Positions 41,227 to 50,800 of a stretch of 64,000 nucleotides of DNA are shown here, one piece after another. The notes under the pieces were generated by a model. That model was given only the letters and a program-made list of their open reading frames with translations. It did no database searches and had not been told where the DNA came from. Source of the stretch: an uncultured Gemmatimonadales bacterium (GTDB lineage Bacteria; Gemmatimonadota; Gemmatimonadetes; Longimicrobiales; RSA9); the NCBI GenBank assembly GCA_963741945.1, contig CAVUKA010000001.1, forward strand, positions 448,001 to 512,000, given 5' to 3'. The stretch's first letter is position 1. Every line of letters starts with the position of its first letter. The translations under genes and the position numbers were made by a program.

Positions 41227-43309
41227 CTTCGGGCATCTCCCAAAGGGCTATGGTGGTCAGGGTCACGGTGGCCGGCAGCTCGGACAGCGAGAGCACGGGG
41301 ACGGCCGGGAGCACCGGCTCGAGCAGGCGACGCACGCCCACGCGGAGTCCGGGCGGCGTGACGACCGGCGGCAGCGCGCCATCCACCGCGTGGCGCGTGG
41401 TCAGCTGATCGATGCGACGCAGCACGGCCGTGAGGGTGTCCGGTCGAAGCATGGCCTCGCTCCGGCCCTGCCGCGGCGAGAAGAAGGTCATGAGCGCGGC
41501 CTCCAGCCGCGGACCGATGCCGATCCCTTTCACTTCGCCGTTCTCGTCGGCGAACATCTGGCCGATCACGTGGGTCAGGGCGCCGCGCACCGTTTCGGTG
41601 AGCGCCTCGGGGTCCTGCGTGCGGTCGGCGGCATCCGCCACGGTCTCGAGCACCGTCACCAGGTCGCGGATCGGGATCCGCTCCCTCAGCAGCCGCTGCA
41701 GCACGCGGTGGACGACGCCGAGCCCCACCTTCCCGGGCACCACATCGTCCAGCAGGGCGGGGTGAGTCTCCTTGAGACGGTCCAGCATCTCGCGCACGTC
41801 CTGCCGGCCGAGGAGCTCGGCACCGTTGGCCTTGAGCGTTTCCATGAGGTGGGTGGCCACCACGGTGGGGGGCTCCACCACCACGTATCCGCTGGCTTCC
41901 GCCTCCGTGCGGAGCGACGGCGTGATCCACCGGGCGGGCATGCCGAAGCTCGGATCGCGCGTCGCGATCCCCTCCACCGGGTCGAGCACGCCACCGGCGT
42001 CCAGCGCCAGCATGTGCCGCAGCACGATCTGCCAGCGCGCCACTTCCGTCCCGCGGATGCGGACCACGTATTCGGACGCGTCCAGGCGGGCGTCGTCGCG
42101 GATGCGGATGGGCGGGATCAGCACTCCGAGCTGCTGTGCCGCCTGCTTCCGGAGCAGCCGGATCCGCTCCAGCAGGTCGCCGCCCTGCTCCTGGTCCACC
42201 AGCGGGATCAGACCGTACCCGAGCTGGAGCTCCACCGGGTCCACCTGCAGGAGGTCCTGCATCGGGTCGTCGGGCGGCGGTGGCGCAGTTTCGGCGCGGT
42301 GCACTTCCGCCAGCGCCATGGCCGCCTCTTCCTTCTCGCGGCGAGTGAGGGACCGTGCCATGGCGGCGGCGCCGGCGGCGAGGGCGATGAAGGGGATGGC
42401 GGGGAGGCCGGGCACGAGGCCGAGCGCCACCATGAAGCCGGACGCGACCCAGAGCGGCCGTGGGTGTCGTCCGAGCTGCTCCAGCAGCGCGCCACCCACT
42501 CTGGACTCCCCGGCCGAGTGGGTGACCATGATCCCGGCGGCCGTGCTCACCACCAGCGCGGGGATCTGTGTCACGAGCCCATCGCCCACGGTCAGGAGCG
42601 TGTACTGGGAGAGGGCGGCCGCCGCCGGCATTCCGCGCTGGACCACGCCCACGAAGAGGCCGCCCACGATGTTGATGGCGGTGATCAGGAGGCCGGCCAC
42701 GGCATCGCCGCGCACGAACTTGGCGGCGCCGTCCATGGCGCCGTAGAAGTCGGCCTCGCGCGTGATCTTCTCGCGGGCGGCGCGGGCCTGGTCGTCGTCG
42801 ATGAGACCGGCGGAGAGGTCCGCATCGATGCTCATCTGGCGCCCGGGCATGGCGTCCAGCGTGAAGCGCGCGGCCACTTCCGCCACGCGCCCCGCGCCCT
42901 TGGTGATGACGATGAAGTTGATGGCGACGAGGATCAGGAAGACCACGATCCCCACGGCGTAGTTGCCGCCCACGACGAACGCGCCGAACGCCTCGATGAC
43001 CTTTCCGGCACTCCCCTGCCCCAGGATCAGCCGCGTGCTGCTGACATTGAGTGCGAGGCGGTAGAGCGTCATGAGGAGGAGGAGCGTGGGGAAGACGCTG
43101 AACTCCAGCGGGTCGGTGGTGTTGAGCGCCACCAGCAGCACCACCAGCGAGCTGGCGATGCTGGTGGCCAGGAGCAGGTCCAGGAGCGGCGATGGGAGCG
43201 GGATCACGAGGAGCGTGACCACGCCCACGATGCCGATGACGACGCCGGCTTCCGCCACGCTCCGCCACCGGGTCATGGGCCGGCCGAGCACGCCCGCAGC
43301 CACACTCAC
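41219..43309 (-). CDS. flhA: Flagellar export gate protein FlhA
   Basis: RVAEVAARFTLDAMPGRQMSIDADL, FYGAMDGAAKFVRGDA. Confidence 0.97.
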   Translation of the reverse strand: MSVAAGVLGRPMTRWRSVAEAGVVIGIVGVVTLLVIPLPSPLLDLLLATSIASSLVVLLVALNTTDPLEFSVFPTLLLLMTLYRLALNVSSTRLILGQGSAGKVIEAFGAFVVGGNYAVGIVVFLILVAINFIVITKGAGRVAEVAARFTLDAMPGRQMSIDADLSAGLIDDDQARAAREKITREADFYGAMDGAAKFVRGDAVAGLLITAINIVGGLFVGVVQRGMPAAAALSQYTLLTVGDGLVTQIPALVVSTAAGIMVTHSAGESRVGGALLEQLGRHPRPLWVASGFMVALGLVPGLPAIPFIALAAGAAAMARSLTRREKEEAAMALAEVHRAETAPPPPDDPMQDLLQVDPVELQLGYGLIPLVDQEQGGDLLERIRLLRKQAAQQLGVLIPPIRIRDDARLDASEYVVRIRGTEVARWQIVLRHMLALDAGGVLDPVEGIATRDPSFGMPARWITPSLRTEAEASGYVVVEPPTVVATHLMETLKANGAELLGRQDVREMLDRLKETHPALLDDVVPGKVGLGVVHRVLQRLLRERIPIRDLVTVLETVADAADRTQDPEALTETVRGALTHVIGQMFADENGEVKGIGIGPRLEAALMTFFSPRQGRSEAMLRPDTLTAVLRRIDQLTTRHAVDGALPPVVTPPGLRVGVRRLLEPVLPAVPVLSLSELPATVTLTTIALWEMPEDA

Positions 43310-44394
43310 GACACCACCTCGTCCAGGCCCAGGGAGCGGCGGCGGCGGATCACGAACGCGAGCACTTCCGCCACCGCGACGTACAGCTGCGTCGGGATCG
43401 GCTCACCCACGCGGCCCGTGGCCAGGAGCGCCCGGGCCAGCGGCCTGTTCTCGATCACCGGAACGCCGGCATCGAGAGCCATGGCCTTGATGCGCTCGGC
43501 CACCTTGCGCTGCCCCATGGCCACGATGATCGGCGCGGGGGCGATGGCGGGTCGGTAGCGGATGGCCACGGCCACATGCGTGGGGTTGGTCACCACCACA
43601 TCGGCGTCGGGCACATCCTTGAACATCCGTTGGCGCGCGCGCTGCCGCCCCATGCTGCGGCGCCGCGCCTTGATCATGACGTCCCCTTCCTGCTCCTTGT
43701 GCTCCCGCTTCACATCCTCGCGGCTCATCTTCAGCTGCCGCTCGTGCTGCCAGACCTGGTAGAGGTAGTCCGCCAGCGCCACGGCCAGGTACGCCATCCC
43801 CGCCGAGAGGAGGAGGCGGACCACGCGCTGCTGCAGCTCGGCGCCCAGGGCCGCGGGCGGCCGGAGCGAGAGGTCCGCGGCGGCCTGCAACGCGCGGGAG
43901 ATGAGCGGGTAGAGCACGGCCCCGATGACCCCCAGCTTCAGCAGCGACTTGAGCAGGTCGGCCAGCGGGCGTACGCCGAAGAGCCGCTTCGCATTGGCGA
44001 GCGGTGAAACGCGTTCCAGCTTTGGCGCCAGCGGCTTCGTGGTGAGGATTCCCCGCGCCTGGGCCGCGCTGATCGTCAGCGCCGCGACAGCGAGGGCGAG
44101 CAGGATCGGCGTGAGTGCCGCGCCCACCTGCACGGCCACGTCGGCCACGAGGTAGCGGGCGCCTCCAATCGTCTGCGGTGGCGAGGCGGACGCGGCCAGG
44201 AGGCGACCGAGCATCGCGGTCAGGGCCCGCCCGAGCCGGGGACCACCCATGGACACCGCGCCTGCGGCCGCCAGCAGCATGACGGCAGTGGTCAGCTCCG
44301 GACTGCGCGGGACCTGCCCTTCCTCGCGGGCCTGCTCACGCCGGCGGGGTGTCGGCGCCTCGGTCCTCTCCTGGAACGACTGCGAGTCGGCCAC
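43306..44394 (-). CDS. flhB: Substrate-switch protein FlhB
   Basis: RTEAPTPRR, NPTH autocleavage motif. Confidence 0.96.
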   Translation of the reverse strand: MADSQSFQERTEAPTPRRREQAREEGQVPRSPELTTAVMLLAAAGAVSMGGPRLGRALTAMLGRLLAASASPPQTIGGARYLVADVAVQVGAALTPILLALAVAALTISAAQARGILTTKPLAPKLERVSPLANAKRLFGVRPLADLLKSLLKLGVIGAVLYPLISRALQAAADLSLRPPAALGAELQQRVVRLLLSAGMAYLAVALADYLYQVWQHERQLKMSREDVKREHKEQEGDVMIKARRRSMGRQRARQRMFKDVPDADVVVTNPTHVAVAIRYRPAIAPAPIIVAMGQRKVAERIKAMALDAGVPVIENRPLARALLATGRVGEPIPTQLYVAVAEVLAFVIRRRRSLGLDEVVS

Positions 44395-44397
44395 GCT

Positions 44398-45153
44398 TCA
44401 GTGCCCTCCCGACAGCGCGACCAGCGCCGCGCCGACCCACGAATCGAAGCTCGTCGCCCAGCCGAGCTGCGCGGTGGCGATGAACGGCAGTGCCAGCGCC
44501 AGCGTGGTCAGCCCGATGGCGATCTGGATCGGGAAGGCCACCATGAGGACGTTCAGCTGCGGCACCGCGCGGGCGAGGATCCCGAGCCCGGCGTTGCCGA
44601 TGGTCACGGCCGCGATCACGGGCGCGGCGAACTGGAGGCCGCGCGCGAACAGAACGCTGCCGACACCGAGCACGGCGGGGAGCCCGGCCTGGAGGTCGAC
44701 GCCCGCGCCGGCCTGCACGACATCGAAGCTGCCGGCCAGGGCCCGGAGCATCAGGAGGTGTCCGTCCATCGCCAGCAGGATCATGACCATGAACAGCTGC
44801 GTGAACTGCCCCAGCACCGGCATGGTGCTCTGGTTCAGCGGATCGAGGGTGCTGGCTCCGGAGAGGCCGATCTGTGTCGCCAGGAGGTCACCCGCGAACT
44901 CCGCCGCGGCCACCACCACGGCGGCCCCCAGCCCGATCACCACGCCCAGCAGCAGCTCCGCGGCCATGGCGCCAGGCCCCGCTTCCTGCGGCCGGGCGTG
45001 GGGGAGCAGCAGCACCGTCAGCGCCAGCACGAGACCCACGCGAACGGCGCCGGGGATCGTGCGCGCGCTGAACACGGGCGCGATCAGCACCAGGCCGGTG
45101 ACCCGCATGGCCACGAGGGCGGCGCCGCCGAGGCCCAGGGTGAGCGGGCTCAC
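44398..45153 (-). CDS. fliR: Export gate FliR
   Basis: APVFS, LARAVPQLNVLMVAFP. Confidence 0.92.
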   Translation of the reverse strand: MSPLTLGLGGAALVAMRVTGLVLIAPVFSARTIPGAVRVGLVLALTVLLLPHARPQEAGPGAMAAELLLGVVIGLGAAVVVAAAEFAGDLLATQIGLSGASTLDPLNQSTMPVLGQFTQLFMVMILLAMDGHLLMLRALAGSFDVVQAGAGVDLQAGLPAVLGVGSVLFARGLQFAAPVIAAVTIGNAGLGILARAVPQLNVLMVAFPIQIAIGLTTLALALPFIATAQLGWATSFDSWVGAALVALSGGH

Positions 45154-45419
45154 GAGATGATCCCCGGTATCCCCAGCAGGAGCTGCCGCGTGTAGGCCAC
45201 GGCCGTGGTCAGCATCCAGGAGAGCAGGATGAGGAACGTGATCCCCACGGCGATGAGCTTGGGCACGAAGCTGAGCGTCTGCTCCTGGATCTGCGTCACG
45301 GCCTGCACCACGGCCACCAGCAGCCCCACGATGAGCGCCACGCCCAGGAGTGGAGCGGAGAGCAGCAGCGCGTGGAACAGCGCGTCGCGGGTCAGGTCGA
45401 GGACCAGGTTCATGGGCAC
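45150..45419 (-). CDS. fliQ: Export gate FliQ
   Basis: QAVTQIQEQTLSFVPK. Confidence 0.95.
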   Translation of the reverse strand: MPMNLVLDLTRDALFHALLLSAPLLGVALIVGLLVAVVQAVTQIQEQTLSFVPKLIAVGITFLILLSWMLTTAVAYTRQLLLGIPGIIS

Positions 45420-45429
45420 GCGCGCCGCC

Positions 45430-46677
45430 TCAGCCGAAGCTCGCCACGAGGGAGTGCACCACGAGCGCCCAGCCGTCCACGAGCACGAACAGGAGCAGCT
45501 TGAACGGCAGCGAGACCATGACCGGCGGGAGCATGAACATCCCCAGGCTCATGAGCACCGACGCCACCACCAGGTCGATGACCAGGAACGGGAGGAAGAG
45601 GACGAAGCCGATCATGAACGCCGTGCGCAGCTCGCTGATGGCGAACGCGCTCGTGAGCGTGATCAGCGGGACATCGTCGATGGTCTCGGGCACCGGGCCG
45701 GCGGACAGGTCCACGAACGTGGCCAGGTCGGACTCCCGCACGTGCGCGGCCATGAAGTCGCGGAACGGCACCACGCCCGCTTTCATCATCGCCGCCTCAT
45801 CCATCTGACCCTCCATCCATGGAGAGAGCGCGACTTCGTTCACCCGGCGCAGCGTGGGCGCCATGACGAACGCCGTGATCAGCAGCGCCAGCGCCGCCAC
45901 CATCTGCGCCGGCGGCGCGGTCTGCGTCCCCAGCGCCTGGCGGAGGAAATGGAGGACGACCAGCACGCGCGTGAAGCTGGTCATGAGGAGCAGGAGCGTG
46001 GGCAGGAGCGTGAGCAGGCCGATGACCAGGACCGTGCCCACCGTGCCCGAGAGGTGCAGCCCATCGTCGTCCCCGACGCGGACATCCATGCGAGGGAGCG
46101 CCTGCCCGAGCGCGGTGAGCGCATCCTCGCCGCGCGCGGCCGCTCCCGCCTGGACTCCGGCCGCCGCGCCTGTCGGACCGGCCGCCGGGACGGGGATGAC
46201 GGCAGCGGGCGATGCCGCCTGTGCCGCGGCCGGCGACGGCACCGCGATCCCCGTTGCGGCGAGCGCGATGACCACGGCGACCAGGACGCCGAGCCGCCGG
46301 AGCAGCGGGGCGAGCGCCGGACGGTCGGCAAGGGTGCGGACGAGAGCCGCTCGGAACGGGATGCGCCGCCCGGTGTCGCCTGCAACGCCCGTCCGCTCCG
46401 TGACATCGGGAGCCCGGGCGTCGGTGTCCGGGATGGCGTCCAGCTCGGTGAGCATGCGAACGCCGCCATCGCCCACGCTGACCACGAGGACGCGGTCGGC
46501 CACGCGGATGGTGGCGAGGCCCTGGCGCGGGCCGAGGGCCACGCGCCCGAGCACGCGCATGGGAAGCGTCCCGGCGGACGGCGGGGCGAAGCGCTGGAGC
46601 AGCCTCGTGCCGAAGGCAATGGCGGCCAGCACGAGGCAGAGCGCGCCGAACACCCAGAACACGCCGAGCACGCTCAC
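45430..46677 (-). CDS. fliP: Fused FliO-FliP protein
   Basis: N-terminal FliO-like (TM, MRVLGRVALGPRQ.L..IRV.DRVLVVSV) in frame with FliP (MTSFTR, ISELRTAF.IGF, MFMLPP, PFKLLLFVLVDGW). Confidence 0.88.
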   Translation of the reverse strand: MSVLGVFWVFGALCLVLAAIAFGTRLLQRFAPPSAGTLPMRVLGRVALGPRQGLATIRVADRVLVVSVGDGGVRMLTELDAIPDTDARAPDVTERTGVAGDTGRRIPFRAALVRTLADRPALAPLLRRLGVLVAVVIALAATGIAVPSPAAAQAASPAAVIPVPAAGPTGAAAGVQAGAAARGEDALTALGQALPRMDVRVGDDDGLHLSGTVGTVLVIGLLTLLPTLLLLMTSFTRVLVVLHFLRQALGTQTAPPAQMVAALALLITAFVMAPTLRRVNEVALSPWMEGQMDEAAMMKAGVVPFRDFMAAHVRESDLATFVDLSAGPVPETIDDVPLITLTSAFAISELRTAFMIGFVLFLPFLVIDLVVASVLMSLGMFMLPPVMVSLPFKLLLFVLVDGWALVVHSLVASFG

Positions 46678-47027
46678 GCCTGCGCCCCGCCCCGTTGATC
46701 GTGGTTCAGGACGCGCGTGATGCGGATCCCGAACTGCTCGCCGATCACCACTACCTCGCCCTCGGCGAATCGGCGGTCGCCCACGTACACATCCATGGGC
46801 TCGCCCGCGAGACGGTCGAGCTGGATCACCGAGCCGCGGCCCAGCGACAGGAGCTCCTGCACCGTCATCCGGGTCCGGCCCAGCTCGATGGAGACGGGCA
46901 TCGCCAGATCATAGAGCGTGGACAGCGCGGCTTCGACGCCAGCGTCGCCGCTTCCGCTCAGCTCGCCGAACTCGGCCACCGCCGCCTCTTCCATCGACAG
47001 CCCCGTTTCTGCGTCCTGCTCAGCCAT
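46674..47027 (-). CDS. fliN: C-ring FliN
   Basis: VSIELGRT, LDRLAGEP, GEVVVI...FGIRIT. Confidence 0.94.
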   Translation of the reverse strand: MAEQDAETGLSMEEAAVAEFGELSGSGDAGVEAALSTLYDLAMPVSIELGRTRMTVQELLSLGRGSVIQLDRLAGEPMDVYVGDRRFAEGEVVVIGEQFGIRITRVLNHDQRGGAQA

Positions 47028-48021
47028 TCCCGGCCTCCTCCTCCATCACGTGTTCCTCGATCTGCACGGCCAATCCCCCCTCCATCGTCCCGATCAGACC
47101 CGTGAACCTGCGCGTCGCCCCGATGAGCACGTCCACGGGCGTGTCCCGGCCCAGTCCGGTGAGCAGCGTGCCGCCCGGGCGCAGGTCGGCCACTTCCCGG
47201 AGCGTCAGCTCGAAGCGGGGTAGCCGGACGGAGACGGGAACGGAAGCGCGGCGCAGCGCCCATTCGAGACCCTCGCGATCCCCCCGCGCGGCCGCCGGGG
47301 TCATCCCCATGGTGCGCACGCGCGTGCCCGCGCTGGTCGCGAAGAAGCCATCCAGCACCGTGAACGGGAGACAGATGAGGATCGGGCTCTCCTGACCGCG
47401 GAACCGCACCGTCAGGTTGGCCATGAGCACCGGGTCCTCCCGGTTCGCCGCCTGCAGCATGTCCGGCAGCGACTCGAACCGGGCCAACGTGAGCCCGAGA
47501 TCGACGTGCTCCCCCCAGATCTCCTGCACCAGGCTGGCGACGCGCTCGCCCACGATCCGGATCACTCGACGCTCGAGAACCGTCAGCGCACGCTCGGGCA
47601 CGTGCATCCGCTCCGCCGCGCTCCCCAGAAAACGCTCTACCGCGTAGAACGCGAAGTCGCGCCCCATGTCCAGCACGGCCTGCGCACCGCCGGGCTTGCC
47701 GATGTGGAAGACGAAGGACGTGCACGGGCTCGGGAGCGCCAGCACGAACTCGCCGAACGTGAGCTGCTCCACGCTGGCCAGGTCCACCTCCACCTGCGCC
47801 CGCACCCGCCCGGCCAGCCACCCCTCCAGCGACTTGGCCAGCAGGCCGTACATCGCTTCGAGCGTCCGCTGGCGGTCCTTCGACACCCGGCTCGGTCGCC
47901 GGAAGTCGTACAGCCGGACTTCCGGAGCGCGGGATCCTCGCGGCGGCCCATCGCCCGCTGCCGACCCACCGCCGGTGAACAGCGCATCGATCTCGTCCTG
48001 TGACAGCGCCTGGTTGCTCAT
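47020..48021 (-). CDS. fliM: C-ring FliM
   Basis: LSQDEIDAL CheY-binding peptide, YDFRRP. Confidence 0.94.
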   Translation of the reverse strand: MSNQALSQDEIDALFTGGGSAAGDGPPRGSRAPEVRLYDFRRPSRVSKDRQRTLEAMYGLLAKSLEGWLAGRVRAQVEVDLASVEQLTFGEFVLALPSPCTSFVFHIGKPGGAQAVLDMGRDFAFYAVERFLGSAAERMHVPERALTVLERRVIRIVGERVASLVQEIWGEHVDLGLTLARFESLPDMLQAANREDPVLMANLTVRFRGQESPILICLPFTVLDGFFATSAGTRVRTMGMTPAAARGDREGLEWALRRASVPVSVRLPRFELTLREVADLRPGGTLLTGLGRDTPVDVLIGATRRFTGLIGTMEGGLAVQIEEHVMEEEAGNG

Positions 48022-48023
48022 GG

Positions 48024-48530
48024 CTACTGGATCACGAACGTGGGAAAGAAGACCGCGGTCACCTTCGCCGGTGCGACGATCCCCTCCAGCGCACGGGCGA
48101 CCTCCCCTTTCAGCTCGTCCCGCTGACCCACGTCCGTCAGCTGGTCCACCGTCCGGGAGCCCAGCAGCGCCATCAAGCGGTCCCGCACTTCCGCTTCCTT
48201 CGCCTCCAGCGACGCCACGGCCTCGGGATCGTCCAGCTCCGCCACCACCGAGGTGAGCAGAAACCGGGTTCCCGCCGTCTGCGCGGGGTTCAACACCATG
48301 TTGTCCACCCGGAACGCGGTCGACACTTCGGCCTCCCCGTGCCCTTTGGCCGCCGGCTCCTCCGCCGGCTCGCTCATCCGGTGCACCACCAGGGGGCCCA
48401 CCAGCAGGGCGCCTCCGGCCGCGCCCGCCAGGAGCGCGCCCACCAGCATCAGGATCGCCGTGAGACGGCCCCGCCCCTCGCCGTCGGGGCCGGATGCCTC
48501 CGCTTCGTTCTGGACTTCGTCGTCCGCCAT
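48024..48530 (-). CDS. fliL: FliL
   Basis: One TM, VLNPA...RFL, EVRD, VFFPTFVIQ. Confidence 0.9.
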   Translation of the reverse strand: MADDEVQNEAEASGPDGEGRGRLTAILMLVGALLAGAAGGALLVGPLVVHRMSEPAEEPAAKGHGEAEVSTAFRVDNMVLNPAQTAGTRFLLTSVVAELDDPEAVASLEAKEAEVRDRLMALLGSRTVDQLTDVGQRDELKGEVARALEGIVAPAKVTAVFFPTFVIQ

Positions 48531-48747
48531 GACTGTTCGGTTGTGGGTTCCGCGTCTCGGGACAGCGACGGGGGAGGGCAACAGCCGTACCACGGCGACG
48601 GGCCGGGCGGTAAACGTGCAACCCATTGCGCCACAGTACCTTGCGGAATCGATCCGGGCGCGGTTCGGGGCGCGCGGGCGGGGGGTGTGAGGGGCGGCGG
48701 CAGCATCTGCCGGCCCATGGGCGGAGAGGATTGCCGGGGGAGGTGGC

Positions 48748-48772
48748 CGGGCGACTCCGGGAGAGCCGCCCG
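48748..48772 (-). terminator. Hairpin just after flgE (possible terminator or processing site)
   Basis: CGGGCGACTC-CGGGA-GAGCCGCCCG stem; weak U-tract. Confidence 0.4.
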
Positions 48773-48782
48773 ACCCGTGCGA

Positions 48783-50108
48783 CTAGCGCTTCAGGTTGAC
48801 GAGCTCCTGGAGCATCTCGTCGGAGGTGGTGATCACGCGCGCATTGGACTGGAAGCCGCGCTGGGCGGTGATCATGCTGGTGAACTCCTGGGCCAGGTCC
48901 ACATTGGACATCTCGAGGGCGCCGGACATGATGACGGACTGGCTCCCTTCTGCGGCGAACCCGAGCACCGCGGCGCCGGAGTTGGCGCTGATGTCGTACA
49001 TGTTGTCGCCGGATCGGATGAGGCCGCTGGGGTTGTTGAAGTCGGCGAGCACGAGCTGGCCGAGCGTGAGATTGACACCATTGGTGAAGGCGCCGGTGAT
49101 GGTGCCCGTCTGGTCGATGCCGATGCGCTCGAGCTGACCCATGGTGTAGCCATCCTGCTCGCGGGCCACGGCAGTGGAGGCGCCGGCGAACTGGGACAGT
49201 CCGGAAATGCTGCCGCCCTCACCGAAATCCAGGGTGATGGGTTCGGTGAGACCGTCCAGCGTGAACAGGGCCTCGCCGGTGTCCGGATTGTTCGGGTCGA
49301 TGGCCACCATGTTGGCTGTGGTGTCGGCCACGTCGATGAGCTGGCCGAGGTCGTTGAAGCCGACCACACCGGTGCTTCCGTCCGTGACATCGATGGCGTT
49401 GCCATCGGCATCCACGGCGGACACTTCGTAGCTCCAGACGTTGGCCGTCTCCCCACCGACCGAGGCGTCGTCGGCGCGGGTGAAGTTGACGGTGAGGGTG
49501 ATCTCGCTGCCGCGGTCGTCGTAGATGACCATGCTGGTCTGGCGCGCTTCGTCCGTGGCGGCCTCGGCGTCGAGGTTCCCGCCAATGGAGACGAGGCTGG
49601 TAGCTCGGGCGGGCGATTTCTGGCCGTAGGGGAGGACGATGTCGCCGATGTTCTGGCTGAGCTTGCCATCGGCGTCGAGGGTGCGGCCCTGGACGACATA
49701 GCCGTTGGTGGACGCCACGAGGCGGCCGGTGGCGTCGAGCTGGAAGTTGCCGGAGCGGGTGTAGCAGTTCTTCTGTCCGTTGGACACCACGAAGAAGCTG
49801 TCCCCCTGGATGGCGAGGTCGGTGGTGACGCCGGTGTTCTCGAGGTTCCCCTGGGTGAAGAGGATGTCGATGCTGCCGATGTTCATGCCGAGTCCGACCT
49901 GGATCGGGTTGGTTCCGCCGCTGACGTTGGACGCGTTGCCTGCCGGGCGACTGGCGCCCTGCACCATCTGGGCGAACGCCTCCTCGAACGTGACGCGGGA
50001 GGACTTGAACGCCACGGTGTTGACGTTGGCGATGTTGTTGCCGATCACGTCCATCCGGACCTGGTGGTTGCGCAGGCCGGAAACGCCCGCGAACAGAGAT
50101 CGCATCAT
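48783..50108 (-). CDS. flgE: Hook protein FlgE
   Basis: GNNIANVNTVAFK, YTRSGNF, LEMSNVDLAQEF..MITAQRGFQSN. Confidence 0.96.
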   Translation of the reverse strand: MMRSLFAGVSGLRNHQVRMDVIGNNIANVNTVAFKSSRVTFEEAFAQMVQGASRPAGNASNVSGGTNPIQVGLGMNIGSIDILFTQGNLENTGVTTDLAIQGDSFFVVSNGQKNCYTRSGNFQLDATGRLVASTNGYVVQGRTLDADGKLSQNIGDIVLPYGQKSPARATSLVSIGGNLDAEAATDEARQTSMVIYDDRGSEITLTVNFTRADDASVGGETANVWSYEVSAVDADGNAIDVTDGSTGVVGFNDLGQLIDVADTTANMVAIDPNNPDTGEALFTLDGLTEPITLDFGEGGSISGLSQFAGASTAVAREQDGYTMGQLERIGIDQTGTITGAFTNGVNLTLGQLVLADFNNPSGLIRSGDNMYDISANSGAAVLGFAAEGSQSVIMSGALEMSNVDLAQEFTSMITAQRGFQSNARVITTSDEMLQELVNLKR

Positions 50109-50128
50109 GGTAGGACCTTCTTCCTTGT

Positions 50129-50800
50129 TCAGTTGGCGCTGATCTCGAGGACCGCGCCGAGTGGAATCTCCATGGCGCCGATCACCAGGACCGGGCCGTT
50201 CATGCCGTACTTCACGCCGGAAACCGTTCCCGAGACGAGGGTCGTCGACGAGACCTCGTTGGCTTCCCCGTCCTTCACATCCAGCTCGCAGCGGTACGTG
50301 CCATCGGGCACATCGTCGAGGCCGTCCAGCTGCAGCGTCTGCCGCCCGCCGGCCACGGAGCCCAGCTCGATCTCCCTGACCAGCTCGTCGTTCTGGTCGT
50401 ACAGTCGGACAGTGGCGGTGCCGCCGGCGCCGCCGACGTCCGCGAGGATGGACGCCGAGCCACCGGCGAGCGCGACCTGGTCACCGGAGGCGATCACGGA
50501 ATGGCCGAGCGCCCCCACCGCGGCGCTGCTGTTCATGGCCTGGGCGAGCGCCGCCGAGTAGCTGGACTGGGCCGAGAGCTGATCGTTCACACCGATCAGC
50601 TGCTCCACGCTGCTGAACTGTGCGAGCTGCACCGCCAGGTCCTGACCCTGCATGGGGTTCATCGGATCCTGATGCGTGAGCTGGGCGACGAGGAGCTGCA
50701 GGAACTCCTCCTTTCCCATCGCGCCACCGGGCCCTGCCATGGCGGCCGAAAGAGCACCACCGGTGCCGCTTGCGCCGCTCGCCTGCGTTCCGTTGATCAT
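50129..50800 (-). CDS. flgD: Hook capping protein FlgD
   Basis: FLQLLVAQLTHQDPMNPM...QLAQFSSVEQL. Confidence 0.94.
   Translation of the reverse strand: MINGTQASGASGTGGALSAAMAGPGGAMGKEEFLQLLVAQLTHQDPMNPMQGQDLAVQLAQFSSVEQLIGVNDQLSAQSSYSAALAQAMNSSAAVGALGHSVIASGDQVALAGGSASILADVGGAGGTATVRLYDQNDELVREIELGSVAGGRQTLQLDGLDDVPDGTYRCELDVKDGEANEVSSTTLVSGTVSGVKYGMNGPVLVIGAMEIPLGAVLEISAN

Noticed and set aside
48617-48633. sigma54-like site TGGCGC...TTGCA upstream of fliL
   Set aside because: GG-GC spacing is 11 nt, not the required 10
40892-50561. Long plus-strand ORFs (888, 497, 853 aa)
   Set aside because: Shadows of flhA, fliOP and flgE
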